This document shows positions 27,795-37,290 of a stretch of DNA of 64,000 bases, piece by piece. The stretch's first letter is position 1; every line of letters begins with the position of its first letter. A program made the translations under genes and the position numbers. Under the pieces are notes generated by a model. The model saw only the letters and a program-made list of their open reading frames with translations, had not been told where the DNA came from and did no database searches. Origin of the DNA: Nitrospira sp. (GTDB lineage Bacteria > Nitrospirota > Nitrospiria > Nitrospirales > Nitrospiraceae); assembly GCA_047150005.1 (NCBI GenBank), contig AP038806.1:2144001-2208000 (forward strand), in the 5' to 3' direction.

Positions 27795-29213
27795 GTGACG
27801 TGTTCCGATCTCTTGCGGCGGAGGGTCCTCCGGCTCTGTGCGCTGATGCTGCTGGTGGGTGGAGGACCGGTCTGGGCCGGCAGTCGCCTGGTTGCCGTCA
27901 CCGGGGCTGCCGACCTCCAGCAGCAGATCAAGGACACGGCGGCCAAGGTCATTCCCGCCGTCGTCAGCATCGCTTCGACCGTCATGGTGAAGGACCAGGC
28001 GTTTACGGACGAGACCCTCCCGTTCGGCCTGTTCAAAGATCCTCCCGCGCGGCGACAATACGGGCAAGGCTCCGGCGTCATCGTGTCCCAGGACGGCTAC
28101 ATCATCACGAATCACCACGTCGTGGCCGATGCCGTGGACGTGGAGGTCGTGCTGGCCGACCGCCGCCAGTATAAGGGCAAGGTCGTCGCCACCGATCCGC
28201 GGACCGACGTCGCGGTCGTGAAGATTCAGGCGACGAATCTGCCGACGGTCCCCTGGGGCGATTCGGGTCGCCTGGCGGTCGGCGATTTCGTGTTGGCCAT
28301 CGGCAACCCGCTCGGGTTGAGCCGCACGGCCACCTTCGGCATCGTCAGCGCGGTGGGACGAGCCGACGTGGGCGTGGCCGACTTCGAAGACTTCATTCAA
28401 ACGGACGCTCCGATCAACCCCGGAAACTCCGGCGGTGCGCTGGTGAACATCCACGGAGAGCTGATCGGCATCAACACGGCCATCGCCAGTCCCACCGGAG
28501 GCAGCGTGGGGGTGGGATTCGCCATTCCCAGCAACATGGCCCGGGCTGCGATGCAGAGCCTGATCAAGACCGGTCGGGTCGTGCGCGGATTTCTCGGCGC
28601 GTCGACCCAGGACGTCTCGCCGACGTTGGGGAAAATTTTCCACTTGCCCGACGTCAAGGGGGCCATCGTCACGGATTTGCAGGCCAAGGGATCGGCGGAG
28701 AAAGCCGGCTTGAAGCGCGGGGACGTCATCGGGCGCTTCGACGGTCGTGACGTGATGGACAGCGGGCATCTGCGCAATCTGGTAGCCGCCGCCGCCATCG
28801 GCAGCAAACATCGGCTCGACGTGATCCGCGACGGCAAACCGGTACAGATGGAGTTGATCGTCCAGGAGGCACCGAAGGAACGCACGAAGCGCAGTCAATC
28901 GACCGTGACCGAAGCGGCCGCCTCTCAACATCCGCTGTCGGGCGTGGTCTTCGACGATGTGACGCCTCCGCTAGCCCGACAGATGGATTTGCCCGTCAAC
29001 AGCGGAGTGGTCGTGACCGACATTGAAGAGGGCAGCCTGGCGGAATCGTCCGGTCTGCAGCCCGGCGACGTGATTCTTGAACTGAACCGCCAGCCGATTC
29101 CCAACTTTGCCACGTTCCAGCGATTGGCGGATCCCATGAAGCCGACCGATCTGGCTCTCCTGCTGGTCAACCGGCAGGGGACGGTACTCTACATTCCCGT
29201 CCGCAGCGAGTAG
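27795..29213 (+). CDS. Do/DegQ (HtrA) serine endoprotease with two PDZ domains
   Basis: GSGVIV, TNHHV, DVAV, IQTDAPINPGNSGG. Confidence 0.95.
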   Translation: MTCSDLLRRRVLRLCALMLLVGGGPVWAGSRLVAVTGAADLQQQIKDTAAKVIPAVVSIASTVMVKDQAFTDETLPFGLFKDPPARRQYGQGSGVIVSQDGYIITNHHVVADAVDVEVVLADRRQYKGKVVATDPRTDVAVVKIQATNLPTVPWGDSGRLAVGDFVLAIGNPLGLSRTATFGIVSAVGRADVGVADFEDFIQTDAPINPGNSGGALVNIHGELIGINTAIASPTGGSVGVGFAIPSNMARAAMQSLIKTGRVVRGFLGASTQDVSPTLGKIFHLPDVKGAIVTDLQAKGSAEKAGLKRGDVIGRFDGRDVMDSGHLRNLVAAAAIGSKHRLDVIRDGKPVQMELIVQEAPKERTKRSQSTVTEAAASQHPLSGVVFDDVTPPLARQMDLPVNSGVVVTDIEEGSLAESSGLQPGDVILELNRQPIPNFATFQRLADPMKPTDLALLLVNRQGTVLYIPVRSE

Positions 29214-29240
29214 TGAAACGACCGTGAGGCGTGCGTTGGC

Positions 29241-30365
29241 TTAGGCAGGGAGCAGTTTCAGATCCAGCGCGCGCTCGACCAGCCACAGCAGAGCCAGCAT
29301 GATCACCGCGACGGAACCGGCTCGAACGATGATCACTTGGTAATACGAACCCCGGCGAACACCGTAAGCCAAGGGAAGAAAGATCGCCACGATCGCAAGT
29401 TGGCCGATCTCGACGCCGAGGTTGAAGCTGACGAGACTCAGCAGCAGGGAACCCTGCGGCAATCCCAAATCAGAGAGGACACCGGCAAATCCAAATCCGT
29501 GGATAAGACCGAACGCGAAGGCGACAAGCCAGCGTCGTTGGGCGATCCCCGGATAGAGATTCGCGACCCCGGCGAGGATCACCGAGGCCGCAATCGCCGA
29601 TTCGACCAGGCGGGAGGGCAATTGAACGATCCCCAGCGTGGCGAGGCTCAAGGTCAAGGAGTGGGCGACGGTAAAGGCCGTCACGATGGCGACCACCTCG
29701 CCGACTGCGGAGGAAAACTCTTCAACCGCTTGCCAGCGGCGATCGACTCGTACCAGCACCGCCGGCAGCAGCAGCGCAAGCAAGAACAGCACGTGATCAA
29801 AACCCAGCCAGATGTGCCAGATCCCTTCGCGCAGATACTGTTGAACCTGCTGCCAAACCGAGGCCTCTCCCGTCGTCAACAAATGAGCGGGGAATTCTTG
29901 ACTGAATATCGCCGTCCGGGTCTGTCCTCCCTGTGTCAGGCGAAGCAGCCCTCTGTGCTGGGCATCCAGGTCGAAGAGGAGGCGGTAGTCGATCACCAGT
30001 CGGTTGATTTCCGCCGGACACATGGCGGTGAATCGAAGCACCGCGTAGGCGCCGTCCGTATGGCGGTCGATGAGGTGATCCGTAACGGCGGTCCGGCAGG
30101 CGGCTCCCTGGGACTGCAGCCGCAGGCGGGAGAGGGCGTAGGCAGCGATGTCACGATGTTTGGCCTGCACCTCCCCCCACGTGATGGTCCCGTCGTCATC
30201 GGCATCCAATCCGATCGCGTCGTTCAAGTCTCGCAACGCGATATCCCACTGGCCGTGGATACGATCGCCCTGGACGGTCAATGCCAGATAACTGTCGCTG
30301 GGTTTATGGGCCCAGGCAGGCTGGTTCAGCAGGACAAGCGTGACGGCAAGGACCAGACGTCTCAT
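29241..30365 (-). CDS. HupE/UreJ-family membrane protein with periplasmic N-terminal domain
   Basis: AWAH signal, GIWHIWLGFDHVLF, TAFTVAHS, FGLIHGFGFA, FNLGVEIGQ. Confidence 0.88.
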   Translation of the reverse strand: MRRLVLAVTLVLLNQPAWAHKPSDSYLALTVQGDRIHGQWDIALRDLNDAIGLDADDDGTITWGEVQAKHRDIAAYALSRLRLQSQGAACRTAVTDHLIDRHTDGAYAVLRFTAMCPAEINRLVIDYRLLFDLDAQHRGLLRLTQGGQTRTAIFSQEFPAHLLTTGEASVWQQVQQYLREGIWHIWLGFDHVLFLLALLLPAVLVRVDRRWQAVEEFSSAVGEVVAIVTAFTVAHSLTLSLATLGIVQLPSRLVESAIAASVILAGVANLYPGIAQRRWLVAFAFGLIHGFGFAGVLSDLGLPQGSLLLSLVSFNLGVEIGQLAIVAIFLPLAYGVRRGSYYQVIIVRAGSVAVIMLALLWLVERALDLKLLPA

Positions 30366-31555
30366 TCGGTGTGTTCCTCGAACCACTTCGCCAGCTGTTG
30401 GAGGCGCAGGTCTTGAACATTGTTGACGCGTAGCCAGTCGAGCACCGGCTTGGCCGCCTCATGGTTGCCGACTGCCCGCGCGCTTTCGAGGAGAATTCTG
30501 GCGTCGGCCGGTTCTCGCTGAACGCTCCAATTGGCTCGAGCCAATCGGAGCGCCTCTTGCGGATCTCGCAGCAAGGCCAACGTGAACCGCGCTTCCTCCC
30601 GCACATGCACGTTCGTGCCCCGCGCTCGGCCTGCGGCAAATCTGGCGGCCAACGAGGCGACGCGGTCTCGCGATGTCCTCAAGTCGAGCGCCTCTTCGGC
30701 CAGCGCGAGCCTCAAGAGCAATCCGTCGGCTCTCGTCTCGTGCTGGAGCAGCGTGATGACCTCTCGATGGCGGCCTTGATCCAAGAGGAAATCCGCGTAG
30801 GCAGCTAAGAGGTACTGATCTTTCACGCCGGTCTTCACGGCTTCTGAAAAATACTGCTCGCCTGTTGTGCCATCGCCGGTGCGCGTGGCAATTTCCGCAA
30901 GGACGGTCGAGATCCAGATCCGTTCACGGTCCGAGATCGTCGCATCGTTGAGGAGCCCGCTGAGGAGTTCTTGGCTCTTTGCCGCTTGGCCGGTCAGACC
31001 GGCGATGTCGCTGAGGCAGACGAGGAGCACATGGCGAGGAGCCAGCCGTCCCAGCGGCTGGCACGCTCGGCGCGCGTCGTCGTAGCGGGCCTGCACTTGA
31101 AGAATCGCAGCTTTGGTCAGCCAAGCCTGCGCGTTGGTCGGCTGCGCAGCCAGCACCTGGGCGAGATCGGCGAGGGCCCGGTCGAATTCATGGCCGTTCT
31201 GTCTGATGGTCGCTCGCAGGAGGAGCGCCGCAGGCGGAGGCATCGGTTCGTTCCACCATGGGGTCAGGACCGCCTGAGCCTGTCCTAGGAAACGTGGATC
31301 ACCTGCCGATCGACCCCGTTCGATGTAGCGAGCGGCCAATTGCACGGCCAAATCAAGGTTGCGCGGGTCTGCTGCCAGGCTGTTCCGCAGCGCCCTGATC
31401 TCTCGCGCAACCGGATCGGTCGCCTTGAAACTGAGCCGTTCGAGGACTTGTGCGTCGTGTTCAGGACGATAGGGTTCAGCTGTCGTTTCAGCACTGTGGC
31501 TCAGCGTGAGCCAAGCGAGCAGCGTCAAGACCGCGATGCAGCGCGACCGGTTCAT
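30362..31555 (-). CDS. Secreted TPR-like protein
   Basis: Signal peptide, helical repeats (GDPRFLGQA, HEFD.AL.DL, NW.VQREP.D); coupled overlap with its neighbours. Confidence 0.8.
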   Translation of the reverse strand: MNRSRCIAVLTLLAWLTLSHSAETTAEPYRPEHDAQVLERLSFKATDPVAREIRALRNSLAADPRNLDLAVQLAARYIERGRSAGDPRFLGQAQAVLTPWWNEPMPPPAALLLRATIRQNGHEFDRALADLAQVLAAQPTNAQAWLTKAAILQVQARYDDARRACQPLGRLAPRHVLLVCLSDIAGLTGQAAKSQELLSGLLNDATISDRERIWISTVLAEIATRTGDGTTGEQYFSEAVKTGVKDQYLLAAYADFLLDQGRHREVITLLQHETRADGLLLRLALAEEALDLRTSRDRVASLAARFAAGRARGTNVHVREEARFTLALLRDPQEALRLARANWSVQREPADARILLESARAVGNHEAAKPVLDWLRVNNVQDLRLQQLAKWFEEHTE

Positions 31556-32622
31556 GAGTCTGAGTATCGAGAATAGGTGATCGGAATGCGCATGACGATC
31601 TGCTGACGATCCAAGGGACGATCGAGTCGCAAGGGAAAGGCCCGTTGCACGAGCGCCAACGCCTCCTGGTCGATGCGATCGAGGCCGGAACTCTTGACCA
31701 CCTCGGCTTCCACGAGCATGCCCTCGTTCGACACCACGGCTTTGACCAAGACCTTAAGGGGACGCGACTGATCGAGCGAGGGTCGTGATGACCGTTTGAT
31801 CTCCTCCAAGCGCTGGAAGATCGCTCGCTGAAGCCAGCCGTAGTCTGCGCGCGCGGCTGAAGCCGTGTCGGTCTGAGCAGGCGTGGAGGCTGTTCGTTGC
31901 CTTGTTGGAGCGGCTTCTGTGGACGGAGCGCTGGAATTGTCGGAGCCCGCTGCAACTGCCGTCGGCGCCGGCTGGTCTTGCAGCGGCGCGGCGGCTGCCG
32001 GCGCAGTCGGTTGAACTGGTGGATCGCTTGTCCGAAGCGCGGTGACGGATTGTGCTGCCGCTGCCGGGATGATCGATTGGGCCGGCGCTTCCGTTTCTGG
32101 GCGTAATGCCGGAACGATGTGCTGCATGACAGTGGCGGCTTCTATCGGGGCTAGCGTCGGCACCGGAGCCGAGGGGTGCGGCTCTGCCGCCACCGTGTTG
32201 TCCCGGAGGGCAGAGGCTGGTTCCGTCGGTACCGAGATTGGTAAAGGATCGTTGGGCCGGATTGCTGCGACGGCAGTCGTCTCCTGGGTTGCGGGAACAG
32301 GGACGCTCTCGTTGGCATAGGCAGCACGGTCGAGCGAGTTGCCGACCTGAGCCGTGAGTGGCGCCGGCTCCGTCGATGTCGGCACCAGCCGCTCGGCCCC
32401 GATCTCTGACGATTGAACGAGGGTCACCTCCCAACGAAACGGTTCTGCCGGAATCGCGAGCGGTAATTGGCGGAGCAGCGGCAGGGCAGCGAAAAGCACA
32501 AGTCCATGGAGGACGAGTGAGAGGAGCCATCCATCGAACCCATGGAGACTCCCGTCCCCCGTCGAGACTGTCGCATTCACGGTTTCCAGCTCCACATCAC
32601 GGAGGGTGCCGCGCGTACGCAC
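31552..32622 (-). CDS. TonB-family protein
   Basis: SLVLH TM, Pro/Ala-rich linker, VVKSSG..RID.EA...P.P..IPITY. Confidence 0.8.
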   Translation of the reverse strand: MRTRGTLRDVELETVNATVSTGDGSLHGFDGWLLSLVLHGLVLFAALPLLRQLPLAIPAEPFRWEVTLVQSSEIGAERLVPTSTEPAPLTAQVGNSLDRAAYANESVPVPATQETTAVAAIRPNDPLPISVPTEPASALRDNTVAAEPHPSAPVPTLAPIEAATVMQHIVPALRPETEAPAQSIIPAAAAQSVTALRTSDPPVQPTAPAAAAPLQDQPAPTAVAAGSDNSSAPSTEAAPTRQRTASTPAQTDTASAARADYGWLQRAIFQRLEEIKRSSRPSLDQSRPLKVLVKAVVSNEGMLVEAEVVKSSGLDRIDQEALALVQRAFPLRLDRPLDRQQIVMRIPITYSRYSDS

Positions 32623-32642
32623 GGCACCCTCCGGATCGCGTC

Positions 32643-34136
32643 CTAATTCAACGGCTCTCGCGGATCGATGTGCCGACGGTCCCGGCCGTCGTGCGGCGTG
32701 GGCAAAAATGGAAACGCCGTGGCGATGCCGTTCGCTGTTTTGTTGCCGCCTACTGAGCCGACATTGAAGTTCACGCCGTCTCCCAGGTTCGGAGTCGCAG
32801 GGTTCGTGAGGATGCCGCCGACGACCCGCAATGCGACGTCGGTCACGTCGTCGTTGGGACGTCGCCCGTTCGGCCAGCCGGCCTTGTCCGGCGTCGGGTT
32901 CCCGGATGCGTCGTGGGCCAGCGGTCCCAGCCGCCGCTGACTGTCCGCTGCGGTCTGAGCCACGCCCAAATCAACCCGCAGCAGGTCGGAGAGGGTCTCG
33001 TTGGTTGTTCCTCCGCCGCAGACCGGCGGGCCCGGGCTGTAGCGAAGTAAGGCGTTGACCAGATCTTCCCGATTCGTCGTCGGGAATCCGGTGCCAAACA
33101 CCGCGTTCAACGCCGTTGCGAGCGCCGAATTGCAATAGAACGAGACGAAATTCGCCTCGTCTTCCGCGTCCGCGGCATTCCATGTGTCTTTCATGTTCGT
33201 CGCGATGATCAATTCGTTCACGAGCGGATTGCCCATGCGCGCCACTTGGACGAAGCGACCGCTGTTCTGCCGATCGCCCTCCTTCTTGATGACCGTGACT
33301 TTCGGCCGGCTCGTGCTGGCATAGGCGCCGATCAGCTTGTTGCCCTTCGGGCCCATCAGCTCGCTGATTGGAATTTCCAACGCAATGGTATTCACGTTGA
33401 AGCCGCTGAAGGTATCCGCCGTCCCGGCGCCCGGCGCGTCGACGATGGTGTTGTCGTTCGCATCGTCCGCCGGAGAGAGAATAGGTGACACATGGAGATT
33501 GAGCGTGTCGAACGTGCCGCCGAGATCGATGTAGAACGTTTCATCCCGCTGTCCGGCGAAGACGCGTCCGCCGTTCTTCAAGGGAAACACCCCCTTGGCA
33601 GCCAACTGTTCATAGTTCGGCGTCGTTCGGGTTCCCACGTTCGAAGGGACGGCGTACATCGGTCCCGTGCCGAGGTCTCGGGGCTGTTGGCCGAACCGTT
33701 GCTCGGTGACCGTGTAGCTCTGGCGAACGAGCAACCCCTCAGACCCGGCCCCGGTCAGCGCGGTGATCGGAGGCAGCGCGACATAGGCCAAGGGGAACAC
33801 GTTGCCCGGCTGCCGGATCTCGGTCTTGAACCGGATCTGGTAGACGACATTCGCTGCGATGTTGTTCTTGTTGTTGTCGACGTGGATCTCGTACAGCACC
33901 TCGTCGGCGAAGTTGAAGTAGTTGGGGCCGGACCCTGGTTCCTGGCTCGGAATCACGTTCATGATGAGAATCGCCTTGTCGGGATCCTGCCAGCTTCGGA
34001 AAACATAGAAGTCGGTGATATCCGCCGCCGGGTCGTTCGAGATCATCGGCGCTTCGCGATGGCTTGCGGCAAAAGCCGGTGCGGCGATGATCAGCACCAG
34101 TGCCGCCAGCGTGAGTGATCGTATCTGAATCAACAT
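32643..34136 (-). CDS. DUF4331-family secreted protein
   Basis: Mature N-terminus ASHREAP, DITDFYVF, FAGQRDE.F..DL, RMGNPLVNE, GWPNGRR..DDV.D, FPFL. Confidence 0.88.
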   Translation of the reverse strand: MLIQIRSLTLAALVLIIAAPAFAASHREAPMISNDPAADITDFYVFRSWQDPDKAILIMNVIPSQEPGSGPNYFNFADEVLYEIHVDNNKNNIAANVVYQIRFKTEIRQPGNVFPLAYVALPPITALTGAGSEGLLVRQSYTVTEQRFGQQPRDLGTGPMYAVPSNVGTRTTPNYEQLAAKGVFPLKNGGRVFAGQRDETFYIDLGGTFDTLNLHVSPILSPADDANDNTIVDAPGAGTADTFSGFNVNTIALEIPISELMGPKGNKLIGAYASTSRPKVTVIKKEGDRQNSGRFVQVARMGNPLVNELIIATNMKDTWNAADAEDEANFVSFYCNSALATALNAVFGTGFPTTNREDLVNALLRYSPGPPVCGGGTTNETLSDLLRVDLGVAQTAADSQRRLGPLAHDASGNPTPDKAGWPNGRRPNDDVTDVALRVVGGILTNPATPNLGDGVNFNVGSVGGNKTANGIATAFPFLPTPHDGRDRRHIDPREPLN

Positions 34137-34179
34137 GATCGTCTCCTTGTGAAGAGAGCCGCCGTGCAGACGGCGATGG

Positions 34180-34401
34180 TTACATGTCTGGTTTCTTCGG
34201 TGGTTCAGGTTCCGTGTTGGCTTGATTCACCTGGGCGACCTCTGCCGGCGTCAGTGCGTCCGATTGCGGAGTGCGCTGATCGTCCGTCGGCGCCGCTGTC
34301 GGTCCACCGGATACGACAGGCGCGCTGTCACTGCCGCCGCAGCCGGACATGAGTCCGACGGCGAACACGAGGCTCAGAGCTAAATAGATGTGCGGTTTCA
34401 T
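34180..34401 (-). CDS. Small lipoprotein
   Basis: AGGAGGG RBS, lipobox MSGC, low-complexity tail. Confidence 0.7.
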   Translation of the reverse strand: MKPHIYLALSLVFAVGLMSGCGGSDSAPVVSGGPTAAPTDDQRTPQSDALTPAEVAQVNQANTEPEPPKKPDM

Positions 34402-34447
34402 AGACTCCCTCCTCTCGAAACACGTCATGACCGCTTCCCCGGACGGC

Positions 34448-34921
34448 TCAGTTCATAGACATCTGCGGCTTCTCGACGATGTCTTGTTTCATTGGACCCA
34501 ACGCGCCAAGCAATTCGTTTTTTTCACGTTCCGGAACCTTGAATGTATTCAGTGTCGCGACCAAATTGCCGACGAGCGCATCGAAGTCCGCGCTGCTGAC
34601 GCCCATGCCTGCATGGGTGGTTTTCATGCTGCGGCCTGTATAGGTACAGGGGCCGCCGGAGGCCTGACAGATCTGCTCGACGAGCAGCGTCTTCAAGCGA
34701 GGGATGTCGGTATTGGCGAACTTGCCGTTGATCCGGCTGTCGGCGGCGACCCGCCCGACGAAATCCTCAACCACGGCAGTGATGGCCGGCTTGCCGCCCA
34801 AGCGATCGTACAGCGATTTGTCCGCCATCGTTGATGTAGGTGTCGACTCCATGGTGTTGCAGCCCGTGACGCTGAGCATAAACCCAACAAGAACGAGGGA
34901 TACTGCGAGAAAACGCTTCAT
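34448..34921 (-). CDS. glbN: Group I truncated haemoglobin with lipoprotein signal
   Basis: SLYDRLGG..AI.AVV.DF, D.RI..KF, GGPC.YTGRSM..TH; lipobox VTGC. Confidence 0.9.
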   Translation of the reverse strand: MKRFLAVSLVLVGFMLSVTGCNTMESTPTSTMADKSLYDRLGGKPAITAVVEDFVGRVAADSRINGKFANTDIPRLKTLLVEQICQASGGPCTYTGRSMKTTHAGMGVSSADFDALVGNLVATLNTFKVPEREKNELLGALGPMKQDIVEKPQMSMN

Positions 34922-35005
34922 GGTCTTGTCCTCCTGTCGAAGAAAACTGGTGATGTGTAGAACGCTGTCTGTTGCGTCTGCGACTGTGGTCGACCTGTTT
35001 TCCAT

Positions 35006-35031
35006 TACGAGATGTCTTCTCGTTTGGATCT
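35006..35031 (-). promoter_or_regulatory. Putative ECF promoter of the globin operon
   Basis: AGATCCAA-N12-CTCGTA on the minus strand; motif recurs at 35157 and 36753. Confidence 0.5.
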
Positions 35032-35156
35032 CATCGCAAAAACGGTTCGCTTAGTGGAGAGTCCACGAGAGTTGAGGCCTTCCGGAGATCAGAATACAAT
35101 GGCGTCATTGGGGAACCTCTTCCACTGCGCGCGGCTGGTGAAGAGCCGCGGCAGAG

Positions 35157-35183
35157 AAATCCAATCCTCCTCATAGACTCGTA
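35157..35183 (+). promoter_or_regulatory. Putative autoregulatory ECF promoter
   Basis: AAATCCAA-N13-CTCGTA upstream of the ECF gene. Confidence 0.5.
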
Positions 35184-35207
35184 TAGGTTCATGGGGAGGA
35201 TCATCTG

Positions 35208-35807
35208 TTGATCCTGACATTGGAAACGACCAAGGCGGCTCAAGACCAAGAATTGGCACAGCTGATCGCGCTGACCGCACAGGGCGATCAGACTGCCCTC
35301 GCCACGTTCTATGATCGGACGAGTCCACAAGTATTCGGGCTGGTCTATAAAATTCTCAACAATCACGAAGCTGCAGAAGAAGTGACCCTGGATGTCTACA
35401 CGCAAGTGTGGCGTCAAGCCCATACGTATGACACGACCAGAGGTGCACCGGGAGCGTGGCTGATGACTCTGGCCCGTACCAGGGCGATCGATCGGTTTCG
35501 CGCCGGGGCAGCCGAACATGGGCGAATCGAATCGCTGGATGCCGTCGAATTGTTTGCCAGCGACGATGACACGCCGGAACAGGACGTGGAGGGTCAAGAG
35601 CGACGACGGTACGTCCAGCAGGCGTTGGCGGTGCTGACAGCGGAGCAACGGGAGGCCGTCGCGCTCGCCTATTTCTATGGTCTAAGCCAAAGTGAGATTG
35701 CCGAGAAATTGCGGCTGCCGCTGGGTACGGTGAAGACGAGAATCAGATTGGGTATGAGCAAATTGCGAGAAGCCCTTGCGCCCTATGAGAGTGGGTTGGT
35801 GTCGTGA
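35208..35807 (+). CDS. ECF sigma factor (SigK-like)
   Basis: GDQ.AL..FYD, AEEV..DVY.QVW, RAIDR.R, YF.GLSQSEIA..L..PLGTVKTRIR. Confidence 0.92.
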   Translation: MILTLETTKAAQDQELAQLIALTAQGDQTALATFYDRTSPQVFGLVYKILNNHEAAEEVTLDVYTQVWRQAHTYDTTRGAPGAWLMTLARTRAIDRFRAGAAEHGRIESLDAVELFASDDDTPEQDVEGQERRRYVQQALAVLTAEQREAVALAYFYGLSQSEIAEKLRLPLGTVKTRIRLGMSKLREALAPYESGLVS

Positions 35808-36718
35808 CTGAGACGAAGTTGCCGGAAGAATTAGAAGAACAGGCGATCCTCCATGCCCTCGGGATCTTGGATCCTGAGGACCATCAGGCCTTCATGGTGA
35901 AACTTCAGGGAGAATCAGATCTCTTGCGCCAAGCCGTAAGAGCGTATCAAGCAACCACGGACGCTTTGGCCGCTGCGCTGGCTCCGGTACCGCCTCCGTC
36001 AAGCCTTCGTGAACGGCTCGTCAACCAGGTTGCGAAGGAAGCCGCTCGCGAAGCCGAACAGTTCGAGTTGGCCGCGAATACCCTGGCCTTGGGGGTCGTT
36101 CCTGTCACACCTCGGGATTCTGTACGGGAGCGGCTCATGTCCCGAATCCAAGGGCGTGAGGATGTCCGGCTTGATGTCAGAGACTCAACGTACGGCCTGG
36201 TGGACACGCCTGTTTCGACAGGCGGCTTACCGTCTCGCCGGTTTGCGCATGCTTGGCACCACCTCCTCGTGACGTTGTACACGTCGCTGCGGCTTTGCTG
36301 GAAGGCTTTTTTGAACCTCCTGCGGACCTTTCTGATTCGATCCGGGACCGCTCGATTGTCGAGAACAACGATCGGCTTTCAGCGGCCTGGTAAGGGGCTC
36401 ACCTTCGTCAAAGCGGCGGAGGGAGTTTGGCGAGAGATCGCACCAGGAGTGACGGCCAAGATGCTCTCCTTCGATATGATTTCTCGAAGGGCCACTACCG
36501 TCCTTCGTTTTGCACCGGGTACCCGGTATGCACCGCACCGTCACACGGAGGCGGAAGATCTCTATGTGTTGCAAGGCGGCTGCAGCATCGCCGGTCATGA
36601 ATTAACGGCCGGAGACTATCATCGTGCCGAGGCCGGGACGGAACACTACGACACCTCGACCGACGAGGGCTGTTTGCTGCTGGTCGTTTCCTCTCCCCAA
36701 AACGAGATGCTGTCATAG
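35804..36718 (+). CDS. Anti-sigma factor with ChrR-like cupin domain
   Basis: Coupled to the sigma gene (GTGA); ALG.L, PP.SLRERL; cupin H.H...E.LYVL.G...H. Confidence 0.8.
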   Translation: MTETKLPEELEEQAILHALGILDPEDHQAFMVKLQGESDLLRQAVRAYQATTDALAAALAPVPPPSSLRERLVNQVAKEAAREAEQFELAANTLALGVVPVTPRDSVRERLMSRIQGREDVRLDVRDSTYGLVDTPVSTGGLPSRRFAHAWHHLLVTLYTSLRLCWKAFLNLLRTFLIRSGTARLSRTTIGFQRPGKGLTFVKAAEGVWREIAPGVTAKMLSFDMISRRATTVLRFAPGTRYAPHRHTEAEDLYVLQGGCSIAGHELTAGDYHRAEAGTEHYDTSTDEGCLLLVVSSPQNEMLS

Positions 36719-36752
36719 CTCTTGGTCTAATGCCGCGCCTCCTTTTTCACGC

Positions 36753-36779
36753 AAATCCAACCAGTACCAAGCTCTCGTA
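36753..36779 (+). promoter_or_regulatory. Putative ECF promoter upstream of nikR
   Basis: AAATCCAA-N13-CTCGTA. Confidence 0.45.
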
Positions 36780-36825
36780 AGACGTTCAGAATCGAGACTC
36801 GTCGATTGACACTCTCGGCGTCGCA

Positions 36826-36852
36826 GTGCTACGAAATTATTATTCATAACAC
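36826..36852. promoter_or_regulatory. Putative NikR operator
   Basis: Imperfect palindrome GTGCTAC-N13-ATAACAC with AT-rich spacer, overlapping the -10 region downstream of TTGACA (36806-36811). Confidence 0.65.
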
Positions 36853-36872
36853 CATACGACACGGAGGGTCCC

Positions 36873-37289
36873 ATGAAGAAACTCGTGCGCTTCGGCGTGT
36901 CTCTGGACCAGGAGCTGCTTCAGACGTTCGATCGACACATCCGTCGCCGCCGCTACACGAATCGTTCCGAGGCCCTGCGGGACCTCATTCGTGACAACCT
37001 CGTGACGGACGAATGGCAGGAAGATCGTGAGACGGTTGGCACGATCACGTTTGTGTATGACCATCATGTCCCGGATCTCACCAGCAAGCTGACCGGCATC
37101 CAGCACGATTACCAAGGACAGATTCTCTCGGGTATGCATGTACATCTGGACCACGATCATTGTCTCGAAGTGCTCGTGGTGAAGGGAAAAGGTTCCGAAA
37201 TCCGACAAGTGGCCGATGCCTTGGTGAGCGTGAAGGGGGTGAAGCACGGCAAGCTGGCGATGACCACGACAGGAAAGACATTGAGATAA
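36873..37289 (+). CDS. nikR: Nickel-responsive regulator NikR
   Basis: RFGVSLD..LL..FD, Y.NRSEA.RDLIR, YDHH, QH, HVHLDHDHCLE. Confidence 0.96.
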   Translation: MKKLVRFGVSLDQELLQTFDRHIRRRRYTNRSEALRDLIRDNLVTDEWQEDRETVGTITFVYDHHVPDLTSKLTGIQHDYQGQILSGMHVHLDHDHCLEVLVVKGKGSEIRQVADALVSVKGVKHGKLAMTTTGKTLR

Positions 37290-37290
37290 G

